From the NCBI GenBank assembly GCA_013239625.1, contig MU053881.1, forward strand, positions 12,352,879-12,416,878: a stretch of DNA of 64,000 bases. Direction: 5' to 3'. The notes beneath the pieces were generated by a model. It saw only the letters and a list, made by a program, of their open reading frames with translations, was not told the origin of the DNA and searched no databases. Below, piece by piece: positions 26,620 to 40,493 of this stretch; position 1 is the first letter of the stretch; every line of letters begins with the position of its first letter. Position numbers and translations under genes: made by a program. The stretch is from Lama guanicoe (Eukaryota).

Positions 26620-27200
26620 TCGTTCTTGGGAGGCGAGACTGGAGACTCGAAAATGAAACCCGACCGACTCATTTCCTGTCGCAGCGGCTGGAAAAGAAAG
26701 CACAGAAGGCTGTGCACCGAGGTAAACAAACTCGGCGGCGACGCCCTCGCCTCCAGGGGCCTCCGACGCGAGCAGGATGCGTCTGGAAAAGCACTGGAGC
26801 CCCCGCGACCAGACTCTTCCCCCTCCGCGCAATCGGTTCTCTCAAGACGCAATCCCCCCCACCAATCCCACCCCACCTCACCCCGGGCCGAGTCCCTCAC
26901 CTCCACCAACCGGCAGTTCCCGGGAACAAAGTGTATAGAGAGCTCCTTCTCCCGCCCCACCATGCCCGCCGTCTTCGCGCCGCCGCCGCAGCGACCGCCG
27001 CTTCCTCCAGCCCAGGATCACCGCGGGCCGCAGCTCCGACACCCTCGGCCCGCCTCCCCTAGGTCCGGACCGGCCCCCGCTCACCGCTTCCGGCTTCCGC
27101 TGCCAAGGCCGCACCCCTGATTGGCCACGCGCCGCCGACGCCCCAGAAAGGGGGCGGGCGCGCTCCGGGCGCTCCCAGCCCACGCGCCAAATCTTAAAGG
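26620..27200 (-). promoter_or_regulatory. MAT2B: CpG-island promoter of MAT2B variant 1
   Basis: Dense CpG; tandem ETS-like cttccggcttccg (~27087-27099); CCAAT (attgg 27120-27124); GC box ggggcggg (~27152). Confidence 0.85.
26901..26963 (-). CDS. MAT2B: MAT2B variant-1 first coding exon (MVGREKELSIHFVPGNCRLVE)
   Basis: ATG at 26963, GTGAG donor 26896-26900; assembled CDS 1005 nt = 334 aa + stop. Confidence 0.97.
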
Positions 27201-29251
27201 GATACACAACACAAAGGCCCTGGCCTTAAGCAAGGGAATTCGAGTTTTGTTTGGGGGCCGGGGGGTTGTTTATTTTATGTTTTTTCTTCTCGACTAGGTA
27301 AGCATTGAACTGGATTGCCTGGACTTTGAAGTGTATAGACTGTGCGCAATGCATTAAGAATCAACTGGGCATGTAATACGTAAAGTGAGAGAAAGCATTT
27401 TAAAGTCATGGTGGGAGGGGTGAGGCGAGGGGGTGGAGGCACAATGGACATTATTTCTAGAGCTCTGAGTGCTTTTTGAGAGATTTAGAAAGAGACTGGA
27501 ATAAAAATTAAAGTGTTGGCATTCTGAGTCATTAACACCTCGACAACCCATTTGTCTTTCTGAGATGCTAGAAAGTAGTACGTGTGAAATTCCAAAGATG
27601 TCAAACTATTTTTAACTAGTTAAAAATAAAAAGGGGTAGGGGGACTGGGGGATGAATTATTTGGGTGCCTCTTTGAAACGCGGATTCTCGGACTTCACCA
27701 ATAACTGCTGAATGAGCTGTGGTAGTCAAGTCTGGGACTCTGCATTTTAGAAAATTTAACAGGAAACAAGACCACCCTTTGAGAAGCACCGCCTTACAGG
27801 CTGCAACGCTGGGCTACAGGAGCCGAGTCTCCGCTACCACCGAAAGTTAAGGGAACCAGGGGAAGAGAGTAACGCCGGACCTTCCACCATATGTATCGCG
27901 CTTTTGTAAAGTGATAAAGCCCTAGGCACTGAGGCTGACCAAGCATGCAACTGATTTCTCTTCGAGTTCAAAACCGAAAAAAATACCCCGCCCACCGGGA
28001 TGCCTGTGAAATTTACTCGGGAAAAAACCCGCGCATGGACTGCGTAGGGTTCGTCAACTTTACACCGAACAGTTTGAGTGTTCTTGTCCAAACACACAGG
28101 ATACACCAAGACCTTAAAAGTCGTCCACAAAAGTCATTACTGCTTGGATCTTTTTGAAAATTATTTTCATAAATCTTTTCTGGTTTAATCTTAGAGCTAA
28201 AGACCAAGCTTTCAAAAAGTTTTTCCACGTCTGAGTCCCATGACTTTCCTTCCTACCCAACCCCCAACAATAACTCATCTTATTTGCGTTAAGCATAGTT
28301 TCTTTGGAACAGTAACAGAAGAGAGCTTCAGGCCCCTTACTTTTCAATTTTTGTTTTGATCCAGGCTGCTAATCAATTTAGCATTATTTAGAGTCCTCGA
28401 GAGCAATGCCCCAAGGCTAACCGTGCATAATCTGCCAACTACAAAGAAAAGGTTTGGGTAAGTAGTGGGGGAGGTGGATTCAAGATCCTCTTGACCACCC
28501 CCCCCCTTAAAAACTGGGAATTTTTGTGAAGTTTCCAGTTGCAACAGGTGATGCAATCTAATCTGACCAGGAAAAAAAATTAAGTGCTCAACGTGAAGAT
28601 GATTTAAGGACATGCATATGCAATTAGCATTTTGATTCTCAGATCAGCCTTATCTGAAGTGAGGAACAAAAAGAGTTTACTTGTCTACATTTGAGAATCT
28701 GGTTTGATACTTGCCAGGTAAAACTTGGGTATGGTTCTAGGGGCATATGTTCATGTATAGTTTTTAATCATTCTTTTTGAAAATCAAAGTTTCTCTGTGA
28801 ATAAAAACGCCATTGCTATACAGCCAATATCCAAGTTCATGTGGTGGCTAATTATATAAATTTAAAGAGAGCAATCTGGAGCTAAAAGTTCGCTTAGCAG
28901 ATTCAGTTCATGCCAAGACAACGAAAGGCTGGAGAACACAACTACAGATAAAATCGTTATTTAAATAGAACCGTCCCCTACATTTAATCTGATAAATGAA
29001 ACTGCTGTTCTATTTTGCTTTTTTTTTTCTTTTTTGGTCAATTGAGACTTAGCTGAGCTATCCGTAAAGGGTCAATAATTAAAGTTGCTTTATTCTTCCA
29101 AGTCCCAAAGTAGTATGTTTTAAAGAAATGAATGACACCCATTTATATTCTTTTTAACACACCCTTTCGGTTTTTTCCAGAGGTTCATTGGAATGCTTTT
29201 AAAGAAACTCTAACTCCAGAATGCTTCTTTTCTTGAATAGCTAGCTCTTAC

Positions 29252-29281
29252 CTGTTCCATGTTCTCCGGCATTTCAGGCAT
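29252..29281 (-). CDS. MAT2B: MAT2B variant-2 alternative first coding exon (MPEMPENMEQ)
   Basis: ATG CCT GAA ATG CCG GAG AAC ATG GAA CAG then GTAAG; phase 0 joins exon 2 (323 aa); human V2 recalled as MPEMPEDMEQ. Confidence 0.93.
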
Positions 29282-30269
29282 GATTCCAAAATTATCTCAG
29301 AAAAGCAGATTTGAGATGGGTCTCAGCCTCCGCCTTCGCGGGCTGAGTCTTTGTTCTGCCTGCAGAGAGCGCCGGCAAGCGAAAACGTGAGCCGCAGCTT
29401 CACTCGACCTTTGAAATTAGCATTTTGAGTCCAATCCCAGACTCTCGTGCAGTTTTCCACATTGCAGTAAACTGGCAGCTGATTCCTCGTGGCAGTCTTG
29501 AAAATACCCAATGAGAAGTTTCATGTTTTATTGCCAACCAAGTGAGGGTCTATTATCAAAACCATTAGGAGAACCAATTTTTTTTCCTTCTGAAAGAGAA
29601 ATAAAAATGGAGCAACAAAAAACTTCCTGTGAAGACTTGTTGCAATTTTCTCTTGCAAAAGAAAAGCAAGAGCCAGCAGTTGGAAAGCACTCAGACCATG
29701 CAACTGATTCCTGTTCTGAAATATTTTATTCGGTTATGCCTTATTACAACAGAATCTGGTAAAGTTCTCCTGCACTTTCCCCCCAGTGCTTTCTAATTAA
29801 CTGCTTCCAAGGACTGTGAAAGGGACTGGTGGTAACAGCACGTGGAAATGAAAATGCAACAGGTTTTTTCCATTAACAGTGTCCTGTCCTCTGTTTGAGG
29901 AAGTGGTAGGTAGAGTAGCCTTAAGTTCGGTCAAGCATTTAGGACAGTTAGATCAGTGATTCCCCGACACGCCAGCAGAACTGTGAAACAAAATCATTCA
30001 GTCGGAGTGGAGCTCAGCAACCCTATTTTTAACAGTTTGAAGGCAGGTAGGGGAGGGGGCAGAAATCTGCTCAGTAAATTTTAAACCACTGTTCTGGATG
30101 AAGGCTCTGTAACAAAGTCAAGAACACAACTAAAACATTGCCATTCAGATAGAGCTAAAAAAAAAATATCACTGAACTTTTTATGTTCTACCGGCTTGGA
30201 GTACATAGGACGTGGTACACTCTATGAGGCCTGCAGAGGGTCTGTAAGTGATAAAGAATATACAATTTT

Positions 30270-31310
30270 TAAAAATTGATGAAATTCAAAATTTAAAACT
30301 TATGTTCATTAAAAGACAATTTAACAAAATATATAAGCAAAACAGACTGGGAAAAATAATCTTGATACATATATCTGAATAGGACATATTCAGAATACTT
30401 AAAGAACTCCTACAACTCAATATTAAAAAAATTATTCTTTAATGGACATAAGTTTTGAACAGATACTTTATAAAGGGAAGACCTAAGGCCAACAATCACA
30501 TAAAAAGATGCTCAAAATCAGGGAACTGAAAGCTAAAATCACACTGAGATACCATTACATACCTAACAGAATGGCTAAAATAAAAAGATTGGTAACATTA
30601 CAGGCTAACAAGCATTCTGAGCAATTAGAATGCTCATTCATTGCTAGTGGGATGTATCATTACACAAACATTTTAGAAAACTGTTTGGCAGTTTATTATA
30701 AAGTCAAAGATGCACCTACCCCATGACCCAAAATTCCAGTTCTAGGTGCTTACCCAAGAGAAATGAAAGCATATATCCATGAAGACTTGCACAAGAATAT
30801 TCACAGCAGCTTAATTCAAAATAACCTTAAACTAGAAACCACCTAAACATCTGTCAATGGGTGAGAGGATGGACAAATTGTGGTATATTACACTATACAA
30901 AGAAATGAACTACATGAATGTGACAAAATAAAATTTTATGTTTGAAGGCAGGAAAAAACAAATTAAACATAAAATTCTCTGTGTCTGTTTGGGCCTCCTC
31001 CCTCCCTCCCTAATGTGCAGTGTGCACCTGCATTTCACATTAACCAGAGTGCGTCCAAGATGGGAGCACCTCACAGACATAAAGAACAAACTTATGGTTA
31101 CCAGGGGTAAAGGGGGTGGGAAGGGATAAACTGGGAATTTGAAAATTGCACCTCTTGGGGAGCGATGAAAATGTTAGCCACCTTGATTGTGGTGGTGGTT
31201 TCATTGGTGTATACATCTATCAAAATTCATCAGATTGAACATTTGAAATATGTGTAGTTTACTGTACAGGAATCATACAACCATAACCATAAACGTGTTA
31301 AAAAAACAAA
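30270..31310 (+). mobile_element. Old L1 ORF2-end/3'UTR fragment with nested younger pieces at ~30975-31150
   Basis: Degenerate ORF 30508-30726 resembles the L1 ORF2 C-terminus (TLRYHYIPNRMAKIK). Confidence 0.75.
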
Positions 31311-31342
31311 AAACAAAAAGTCATACAATGCGCATCCTTTCT

Positions 31343-31840
31343 TGTTAAACTTTTAAGAGGACTCATATTTCCCCTTAATAAGGGGAAATATTGTATTTCA
31401 TACAGAAAACCAGTGGGTGGGTTTACTATTTCTTCCAATTTTAATATTAAAGACAATTGTTAACTATTTAAAAAAAAGGTGAGAGCACTTGCTCCACCGT
31501 AAAGATTATTTTTTCCTCCTTTCTTCTGACGCTAGCACTGTAACTTCTTAAAAGAATAGAGTTCTTTCCCAACTCTGTAAGAGGTCCAGTGACTCACTCC
31601 TCGCTTTGTATGTGCTCACCTGGACTGTGTGCCTTTGGTGAAGTTAATGTAAACATCACGGTGTCATTTTGCTGTATGAAACTTTGTCTCGAAAATGTAC
31701 GACTGCTTTCAGCTACTAACTGGCGGAAGAGTTCTCAAAGCTTTAAGAGAGTCTGTTTCCCACGTTGTAATCCTCAGTTTGACTCAAGTGAAATTCCTCC
31801 CCCCACCCAATTGGATTGTTAATTGAATTGCTGTTGAAAG
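31343..31840 (+). mobile_element. Probable ERV LTR remnant
   Basis: 'gagttctcaaagctttaagagagtctgtttcccacgttgtaatcctcagtttgactcaa' resembles R/U5 of laurasiatherian ERV1 LTRs from recall; termini not resolved. Confidence 0.4.
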
Positions 31841-31874
31841 ACTAATCTCAAAATGATTATACTAAGTAAAAGAA

Positions 31875-34790
31875 GCATTTCCACCAACACTGTACAAAGG
31901 TTCCAGTTTTTCCACAGCCTTGCCAACACTCATCTTTGTCTTCTTGATAAGAGCCATCCTAATAGGTGGGAGGTGACATCTCACTGCAGTTTTGATGCAC
32001 ACTTCCCTGATACGAGTGATGCTGAGCATCTTTTCACACACCATTGTCCATTTGTATGTCTTTGGATAAATATCTATTCAAATACTTTCCTTTTAAAAAA
32101 ATCAGGTTATTTATTTTTGCTGCTGAGTTGCCGGAGTTCCTTCTATATTTTGGAAATTAACTCCTTATCTACTGTATAGTTTACAAATACTGTCTTAAAT
32201 TTTGTGGGTTGTCTTTTCATTTTGTTGTTTCCTTTGTTATGCAGAAAGTTTTTAGTGGAGGTAGTCCATTTTTGCTTTTCTTGACTGAGCTTTTGGTATC
32301 ATAGCCAAGAAATCATTGCCAAGACCAATGTCATGAAGCTTTCTCCCATTTTTTGTCACAGTAGTTTTACACTTTAAATCCTTACACTTAAGCCTTTAAT
32401 CCTTTTTGAGTTGATTTTTGTGTATAGTGTAAGGTAAGGTTCCAATTTCATTCTTTTGCATGTGGATATCCAATTTTCCCAACACTATTTGTTGGAGAGA
32501 CTTATATTTTCCTCACTGTGGGTTCTTGGCACTTTCAACTAGTTTCTGGATTTCTCACAAAGGGAATCTGTCTCTGTGTTGTCGCTGAATCAGTGTGTGG
32601 AGGAAAGGGACCAGGTCCTCCTGTTCTGCCATTCTGCTGCTATTACCCTTCTGCGTGGTATTTTTCACATCCTTTTACTTTTTCCTATTTTTGTCTTTAT
32701 TATCTGAAGTGCATTTTTGTATGCAGCATACAGTCAGCTCTTGCTGTTTAATTTGATCATTTCTGTACTTTAATGTATGAAGACCATTTGCATTTAATGT
32801 GACTACTAATATAGTTAAGTTCCAACTCATCATATTAGTATTTGATTTCTATTTGCCCCATCTGTTCTGTTTTCCTTTTCCTCTTTTTCTGCCTTCTTTC
32901 AAATTAATTGAATACTCTATATAATTCTATTTTATCTTCTTTGTTGGTTTACTGGCTACAAGTGTTTTATGTTAGTGATTGTGTTGGGGTTTACAGTATA
33001 CATTATTAACTTACCACAGTCTGTCTTAAAGTAACATTATACCACTTTACACAGAGTATAAGAAACTCACATATACTTCCATCTCTTCCCTCCTGGGCTT
33101 TGAGCTGTTGCTATCATATTCTAATTTTAAGTATGTGTAAACTCCAAACCAGATTGTTGCTGTTTTTATTTAATCAGTTATCTTTCAAGGAGACTAAAGT
33201 AATAAGAAAAGTTTTTTATGTCTGAAAATCGTTTTCTACCTTTGCTTCTGAAAACGTCACCTGTGTTGAGATAGTTTTAGGTTGATAGTTTTTCTTTATC
33301 GTTGCTTTTCTGCAATTTGTGATGTTTCATAGTTCTTGTTCTTAGGGTTCATTGAATTCCTTGGCTCTGTGGTTTCCTAGTTTTTATCACATTTGGAAAT
33401 GTTTCCACAATTATTTCTTCAAATGATTTTTTCTGTTCCCTCTTTGGGAACTCCAATTACATATACATTAGCCCACTTAAAGTTGTCCCAGAGCACCTTG
33501 TTCTGTTCATTTTTTTGAACCTCATTTCTGTGTTTCATTTCACATAGTTCCTGTTGTTATGTTTTCAAGTTCACTGATTTTTTCCCTTTTGCAATGTCTG
33601 ATCTGCTGTGATTCCCATTGAGAGTACTTTTTTTTCCTTCTTATATATTGTAGTTTTTTCTCTACAAGTTCAATTTGGGTCTTTTTCTTAATGTTAAATG
33701 TCTTCACTACATTTAGGTATATATGGCATATATGAAATAGCTGTTTTGACATCCCCTGCTAATTCTAACTTCTGTGTCAGTTCTGGGTTGATTGATTATT
33801 CTCTGCATTATGGGTGGTGTTTCCTGCCTCTCAACATATCTGGTAATCTTTGGATTGGATGTTAGAAATTGTAAAATTTATTTTTTGGGTACTTGACATT
33901 TTTATAAGCCTATATACTTTCCTGAGCTTTGTTCTGGGATGTAATAACTAAGTTTCTTAGAGAGTGTGATCCTTTCCAATTTCTTTCAAGATTTGTTAGG
34001 TGGGGCCAGAGCAGTGCTCACTTTAGGACTAATTACCCCTCAGTACTGAGTCCTCCTGTATATCCTATTTACTGGAAGGATGCCCTTCCAGTAAATCATG
34101 AGCCTTTCCAGTCCAGCTGGTGGGAAAGGGCAGCATTCCTAGCCTGTGTGAGCTTCGAGCACTGTTACTTTTAATTTCGAGGGGTGGTTCTTCCCCAGGC
34201 TTCAGGTAGTTTCCTCATATGCATGACCAGTCAGCATTCAGGTGAATACTTGGGGAATCTTTGCAGATCTCCAGAACTCTCTGTGCAATTTTCTCCTTTC
34301 TAGTACTCTGTCCTGTAAACGCTAGCCTCCCTGATCAATCCAGATCTCAGCTCTGTCTTTTCAACTCAGATGATTGGGTGGGCTCTGCCTGGGTTTCCCT
34401 TGCCTGTGTTATAGTTTGAAAATTCTCTCATGGCCTTTTTTTTTTTCCCCTTATTCACATTTCAAATTAAATTCTCCCAGTACCCCAGTAGGTGAGTCCT
34501 ATTTACCAGAGGTGACGTTAATGTGACACATTCAAAGACACAGCTCTCACAGCTGTAAACAGGGAGCAACTGCAGGGGTCACCTTGATTTTCTTGATATT
34601 TCAGGGATCGTTATCTTTTGTTACCTTCTGGCCAGCATCTTTAAAATCATTGTTTTATGCATTTTGTCATTTTTTGATAGTTTTAGGGATGTGTGTGTGT
34701 GTAGCGTAGGAGGAGGAGTAATAAATCTGGTCTCTTGTTACTCCATCTTAGCTAAAAGCTGAAGTCTTGAACTATTTGATTTTGTTAGGT
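31875..34790 (-). mobile_element. Antisense L1 fragments (ORF2 3' part 31875-32520; older 5'/ORF1-region pieces downstream)
   Basis: T-rich + strand; 'ttgagttgatttttgtgtatagtgtaaggtaaggttccaatttcattcttttgcatgtggatatccaattttcccaacac' is the classic L1 antisense sequence. Confidence 0.75.
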
Positions 34791-35131
34791 AACTTTTTTT
34801 CTAATTTGTACCTTTTCTCTGAACTTAATTATGCATTCAGATCTAATGAAATACTTTCATTATGAAAAGTAATTCTGATTGTAATAGTCTCTGTTGGTCC
34901 ATCAATGGGGAAACATACAAAAAAGGTAGCTTATAATATCATACCACCTGTGTAAATATTTTAGATGGAGAATACCACTTCCTAAGCTGTATACTACCAT
35001 TAGTGATTCTGGAGATGAGGTAGAGAGGGTAGGGCAGAGAAAATAAATACACCTTAAATAGAAGAATTAATGTAATTAACTTCATATAATAATACAAGTT
35101 GAATACTTGGGTCAGTGACTTAATGTGTAAT

Positions 35132-35137
35132 TTTATT
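35132..35137 (-). terminator. HMMR: Probable distal HMMR AATAAA; a proximal candidate lies at 35392-35397
   Basis: tttatt on + strand ~790 and ~530 nt past the stop. Confidence 0.5.
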
Positions 35138-35928
35138 TCACATTACATAAATATTAATCAAACACCCATTAATCAGGCAGATGCCAAGCAGTATAAGACA
35201 AATTTTCTAAAGAGGTTATGAGCAGAGTTTCTAAGAATTAATTGCAGAGTTTGTTAAAAATGCAGATTTTCAGACTAAACCTCAGATTTTAATTTAGGAG
35301 GGCTGGGATGAAGTCTAGGAATCTGCAAATTATTGACCAAGTCAGTGACTCTGGTAAGAGATAAAGATATTACTATAGAATTAAGCTTACCTTTATTTCT
35401 TACTGAATTGGGTAAATGGATGATGGGTAGGACAGAATGAACATTACGAGGAGAATCAAAGCAGAGGCAAGAACAAGCCAGGGTGTTTTAGACTAGCTTA
35501 AGAGGTTCAGGTTAGAAAGGGCCTCCAGTATCGAACTAAAAAACCTTGAGATTATAATGTTGAAACCATCTAAGATTTCAGAATAGAGAAATAATAATAT
35601 GAGTGATTTTTAAAAGAAAGTGGATTTGATGGGATGAGTTGGAAAGCTGGAAAGCCTGTCAGAAGGTTTAGAATGAGGTGATAAGGGTGAGCATCAAGGA
35701 AGAAATATGGACAATAGAAAATAAAATGCCAGCAGAGTGGTAAAAACGTTGAACGTCCTTTCACACATGTAAGGATAGGAAGTTAATATTAAATATAAAG
35801 TTTAAAAATATTCATTACCAACATTATAATAACTAAAAAGCAGCAACAATAAAAATAAAAATGAAATAATCTTCAACAGATTTTTCAGATGTTTTTACTT
35901 TCATGATTCTTGAAATTCCATTAAGAGC

Positions 35929-35948
35929 TCAGGAGCAGTTTGCATTGC
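35929..35948 (-). CDS. HMMR: HMMR exon 18 coding part (GNANCS*)
   Basis: TAG acceptor 35949-35951, phase 1, TGA at 35929-35931; total CDS 2145 nt = 714 aa + stop. Confidence 0.9.
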
Positions 35949-36469
35949 CTAGAAGGAGTAAATAGTAGTGTTAGTTTTCTAAATTAAAACTGATTTATCA
36001 GTCATCATGAACCAAAGGCAAGCACCTTCTGTTTTCTCTGAGGCAGATGAAGCAATGGCTTGCATTCTGTAGTATAATTTTATTTATATTTCTTCATTCA
36101 CTATTTCAGCCAATTTTAATTTATTCTCAAAGATACAGAGATTTGCAGTCAAGAAGGAGAGAAAATCTACTTCTTCAAAACTACAAACTGAACATTTAGG
36201 TTAAACAAGCTAAGGGTGTGACAGAGGAAATAATTCTGGTAGGAGGTGGGTAAGAACAAAAAAGTCAGACAAGGTTTCAAGGAAGATGGAATGAGCTGGG
36301 CTTGAAGGACACATGGGATCTGGACAAACAGAATAGAGTATAGAATACGGAAACGAAAGGCATTTACACAAAAATCTCAGTAAGAATTTCTTTTGTATCA
36401 GAAACTGTTCAATGCTGTGAAAGTAAACCCAAAAGAAGAAATACTTCTATACATTTATTCATTTCTTAC

Positions 36470-36632
36470 CTTCTTTTAATGGGGTTTTGAGAACAAAATT
36501 TTCTTTACTTTCATGAAGAAAAGCCTTTAAAGGATCAAAGCGTTTGATACCCAGAACTTTATTCAATTCGTCTTGAAGTTTTGCTTCACTTTGCTTTCTT
36601 TTAGCAAGCTGAGTGCGGAGTTTTGACACCTC
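36470..36632 (-). CDS. HMMR: HMMR exon 17 ([54 protein letters not shown])
   Basis: 163 nt, AG/GTAAG; second basic BX7B motif. Confidence 0.96.
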
Positions 36633-36679
36633 CTATGTAAGAAAAAATACAGTCAATAAATAATTATTAAAGATCATGT

Positions 36680-39493
36680 TGGTGAAACATGGGACATTAC
36701 TACTGACCTTACCAAAATAAAAAAGATTATAAAGGAATACTATAAACAATGATAAACGAACAAATTGGATAACTTAAATGAAATGGACAAATTCCTAGAA
36801 AGACACAAACTACTGAAACTGTCTCAAGAAGCAGTCAATCTGAATAGATATATTACAAGTGAAGAGACTGAATTAATAATCAAAAGCCACCTACAAAGAA
36901 AAGCCCAGGTCCAGATACTTGACCACTGAATTTTACTACACATTCAGTGGAGAATTAATACCAATTATTCACAAACTATTCCAAAAAACAGGAAGGATGA
37001 AATGCATTCCAACTCATTTTATGAGGTCAGTATTATACTGATATCAAAATCAAAGATATTACATGAAAACTAAAGACTAGTATCTGTTAGGAATATGGAT
37101 GAAAAAAGTCCTCTGAAAATAGTAGCAAAGCAAATCCAGCAATATGTAAAAGAAGTATACACTATGGCTAAGTGAGATTTATCTCAGGAAAGCAGGGTGA
37201 TTTAACATCCCAAAATCAATTAATGAATCAATCAATTAATCATACCAATAGAATTTTTAAAAAAATCACATGATCAGCTTAATAAAAACAGAAAAGGCAT
37301 TTGGCAAAATTTAACAGCTTTCATGATAAAAACCTCAAAAAACTAGTAAAAGAAGGAAACTTCCTCAACTTGAGGAAGAGGATCTGTGACAAAGGCACAG
37401 CTAATATCGTAGTTCATGGTGAAAATCTGAGTGCTTCTCGTCTAGATTAGGAATGAAAAAGGATCACTTCTATTCAACATTGTACTGGAGGTTCTATCCA
37501 GGGAATGTAGACAAGAAAAAGAAATAAAAGGCATGCAGATTAGAAAAGAAATAAAACTATCTCTTTTTGCAAATGATAAGATATTCTATGCGGAAAATCC
37601 TAAGGAAACCACTAAAAAACTATTACAACTAATACACAAGTTTGGCAAGATTGTAGGATACAAGATCAATATACAAAAATCAGTTGTATTTCTATACACT
37701 TGTAATGAACCATCCAAAAATGAAATTAAGAAAAAAATTGCACTTATAATAGCATCAAAAAAGAATAAAATACTTCGGAATAAATTTAACAAAAATGGTG
37801 CAAAACTTTATATTCTGAAAACCAGAAAATATTTTTGAAAGAAATTGAAGATCTAAATAATCAAAAATATTTAATAGATTGAAAGACTTAATATAGTTAA
37901 GATGGCAATATGCCCCAAACTGATCTACAGATTCAATACGATTCCCATCAGAATCAAGAAGCTGACTTCTTTGTCAACCGAAAAGCTGACTTTAGAATTC
38001 ATAAGGAATTGCATGGGATTCAGAATAGCCAAAGAATCCTGAAAAAAGAGAACGAAGTAGGACGACTCAAGCTTCCTGGTTTCAAGATTTACAAACCAAC
38101 AGTAATCAAGATAAGGTGGTGGTAGAAGGACAGAAGTATAGATCAATGGAATATATTTGAGAGTCTAGAAATAAACATATATGGTCAACTGATTTCCGAC
38201 AAGGGTGACAAGACCATTCACTGGGGTAAAGAATAGTCTCTTCAACAAGTGCTGTGGGGACAACCGAACATCCACATGCTAAGGAATGAAGTTGGACCCT
38301 TACCTCACGCTGTAGATAAAAATGAACTCATAATAGATAAATGACCTAAATGTAAAAGCTAAATCTATAAAACTCTTAGAAGAAAAACATATGAGTAAAT
38401 CTTTATGACCTTGGATTTAGCAAAAGATTGTTAGATGCCAAGGAATAAGCAACAAAGGGAAAAAAAAAAACCACACTGGACTTCATCAAAATTTCATGCT
38501 TCAAAGAGCATAATGAAGAATGTAAAAAGACACTGTGAAGAATGGAAGAAAATATTTTCAAATAAAACCTCTGAAAAGGGACTAGATACAGAATATATAA
38601 AGAACTCTCACAGTTCATTAAAAAGACAAATAATCCATTTAAAAAATGCACAAAGGATCTGAATAGACATTTCCCCCAGGAAGAAGTACGAATTGTCAAA
38701 AAGCACATGAAAAGATGCTCAACGCCATTACTTATCAGGGAAATGCAAGTCAAAACCACAATTAGGAATCACTTCATATCCACTAGGATGGTTAGAATCA
38801 ACAAGTTGGACAGTAAGTGTTGGTGAGGATGTGAAGAAATCCCAATCCTCATACACTGCTGGCAGAATGTAAAATGATAAAGCTGCTTTGGAAAACTGTC
38901 CAACAGTTCCAACAGTACAACATATGGTAAACATAAAGTTGCCATAGACCCAGCAATTTCACTCCTAGGAATAACCCAGGAGAAACAAACACATGTTCAC
39001 ATAAAAACTTTGCATGAATGTTTATAGTAGTGTTATTCATAATAGTTAGAAGGTAGAAAAAACCCAAATGTCCATCAGATGACAAATGGATAAATAAAAT
39101 GTGACATATCCACAAAATAAAATATTACTAGGCAATAAAAAGAAATGAAGTACCACTACATGCTACAATTTGGATGAATCTTGAAAACATGCTAATCAAA
39201 AGAAGACAGTTACAAAAGACTACATATTATTTGATTCCACAAGTAATAAATGTCCTGAATAAGAAAATTTATAGAAACAAAAAGTGGTGGGAAACATAGA
39301 TGAGACAAAAGGAAGATGACAGCTAAAAGGTTAGGAGTTTCATGTTTAGGTGATAAAGACGTTCTCAAATTGACCACAGTGATGGTGACATCTATCTGTG
39401 AATATATTAAAAATCACAGAGTTCTACACTTTAAATGCATGAATTGTATGTATGGTATGTGAATTAAATCTCAATAAAGCTGGTAAAAAAAAC
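36680..39493 (+). mobile_element. ~2.8-kb decayed L1 (ORF2 RT region to 3' end) antisense in HMMR intron 16
   Basis: ORF 37533-37838 [19 protein letters not shown] is a degenerate FADD RT motif; many frameshifts; ends ctcaataaagctggtaaaaaaaa. Confidence 0.92.
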
Positions 39494-39785
39494 TTAAAAT
39501 GCCTATGTTTGAACACTGCTTATCTTTATGTTTATTTACATCAAAGACTTTGCTATTATGCAAATAGAAATTATGTGTAAAGCTTTATGAATGCTTCCAA
39601 TTACACTGGTAATTTTCAATATACTAATGAGGTAGTTGGGAAACCTGAGAACTCTAAAACCCATTTGGTCAACACTCTGAAACACATCTATACTTCTCAG
39701 TTGGATTTTCCTCTATAAACTGTTAGTTTTTTCTGAGACCAAAGTCTTTCATTTTACTTAAATGTTATAGTTAGGATAAAAACTA

Positions 39786-40046
<261 letters not shown>

Positions 40047-40493
40047 TTAAATCTTACTAGACTCATAAAAACTATAAGGAAAACTAAAGTGAAAGCAAAA
40101 AAAAAACCCCAAAAAACAAAAAACAACAAAACACAAAAACAGATCATGCTAAATTATTCCCAGGGCTGTCCACGAATTCTCAGATTCCTTTTAAAAAACA
40201 TGTTTTTCATTCCAAAAGTCATGAAAACAGAGGGAAAGAAACAAGGAAAAAAGGCCTGCTAGTCAGCATAATCTGCATTAGCCACATCATCACAATATCA
40301 TCAATTCTGTCTTCATATTTTATTTAAGTACCAACATCAGCATTTATCCTTTTAAGGTTAATGTGTTAGAGAAACACTGAGAAAGACCACAACAAAGTAA
40401 GTATCAAAAATTTACACAGATTAGTTACTAAAAGTTTGTATCTGGAGAGCCTTCTAAGCTACCAACTTTAAGAATCTTATTATAATGTATTTT

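Noticed and set aside
26578..27207. Multiple long overlapping ORFs (up to 164 aa)
   Set aside because: Stop-poor GC-rich CpG island; only the 21-codon MAT2B exon has support.
37533..38759. Reverse-transcriptase-like ORFs as an active RT or novel gene
   Set aside because: These are frameshifted L1 ORF2 remnants with the catalytic FADD motif decayed to FAND.
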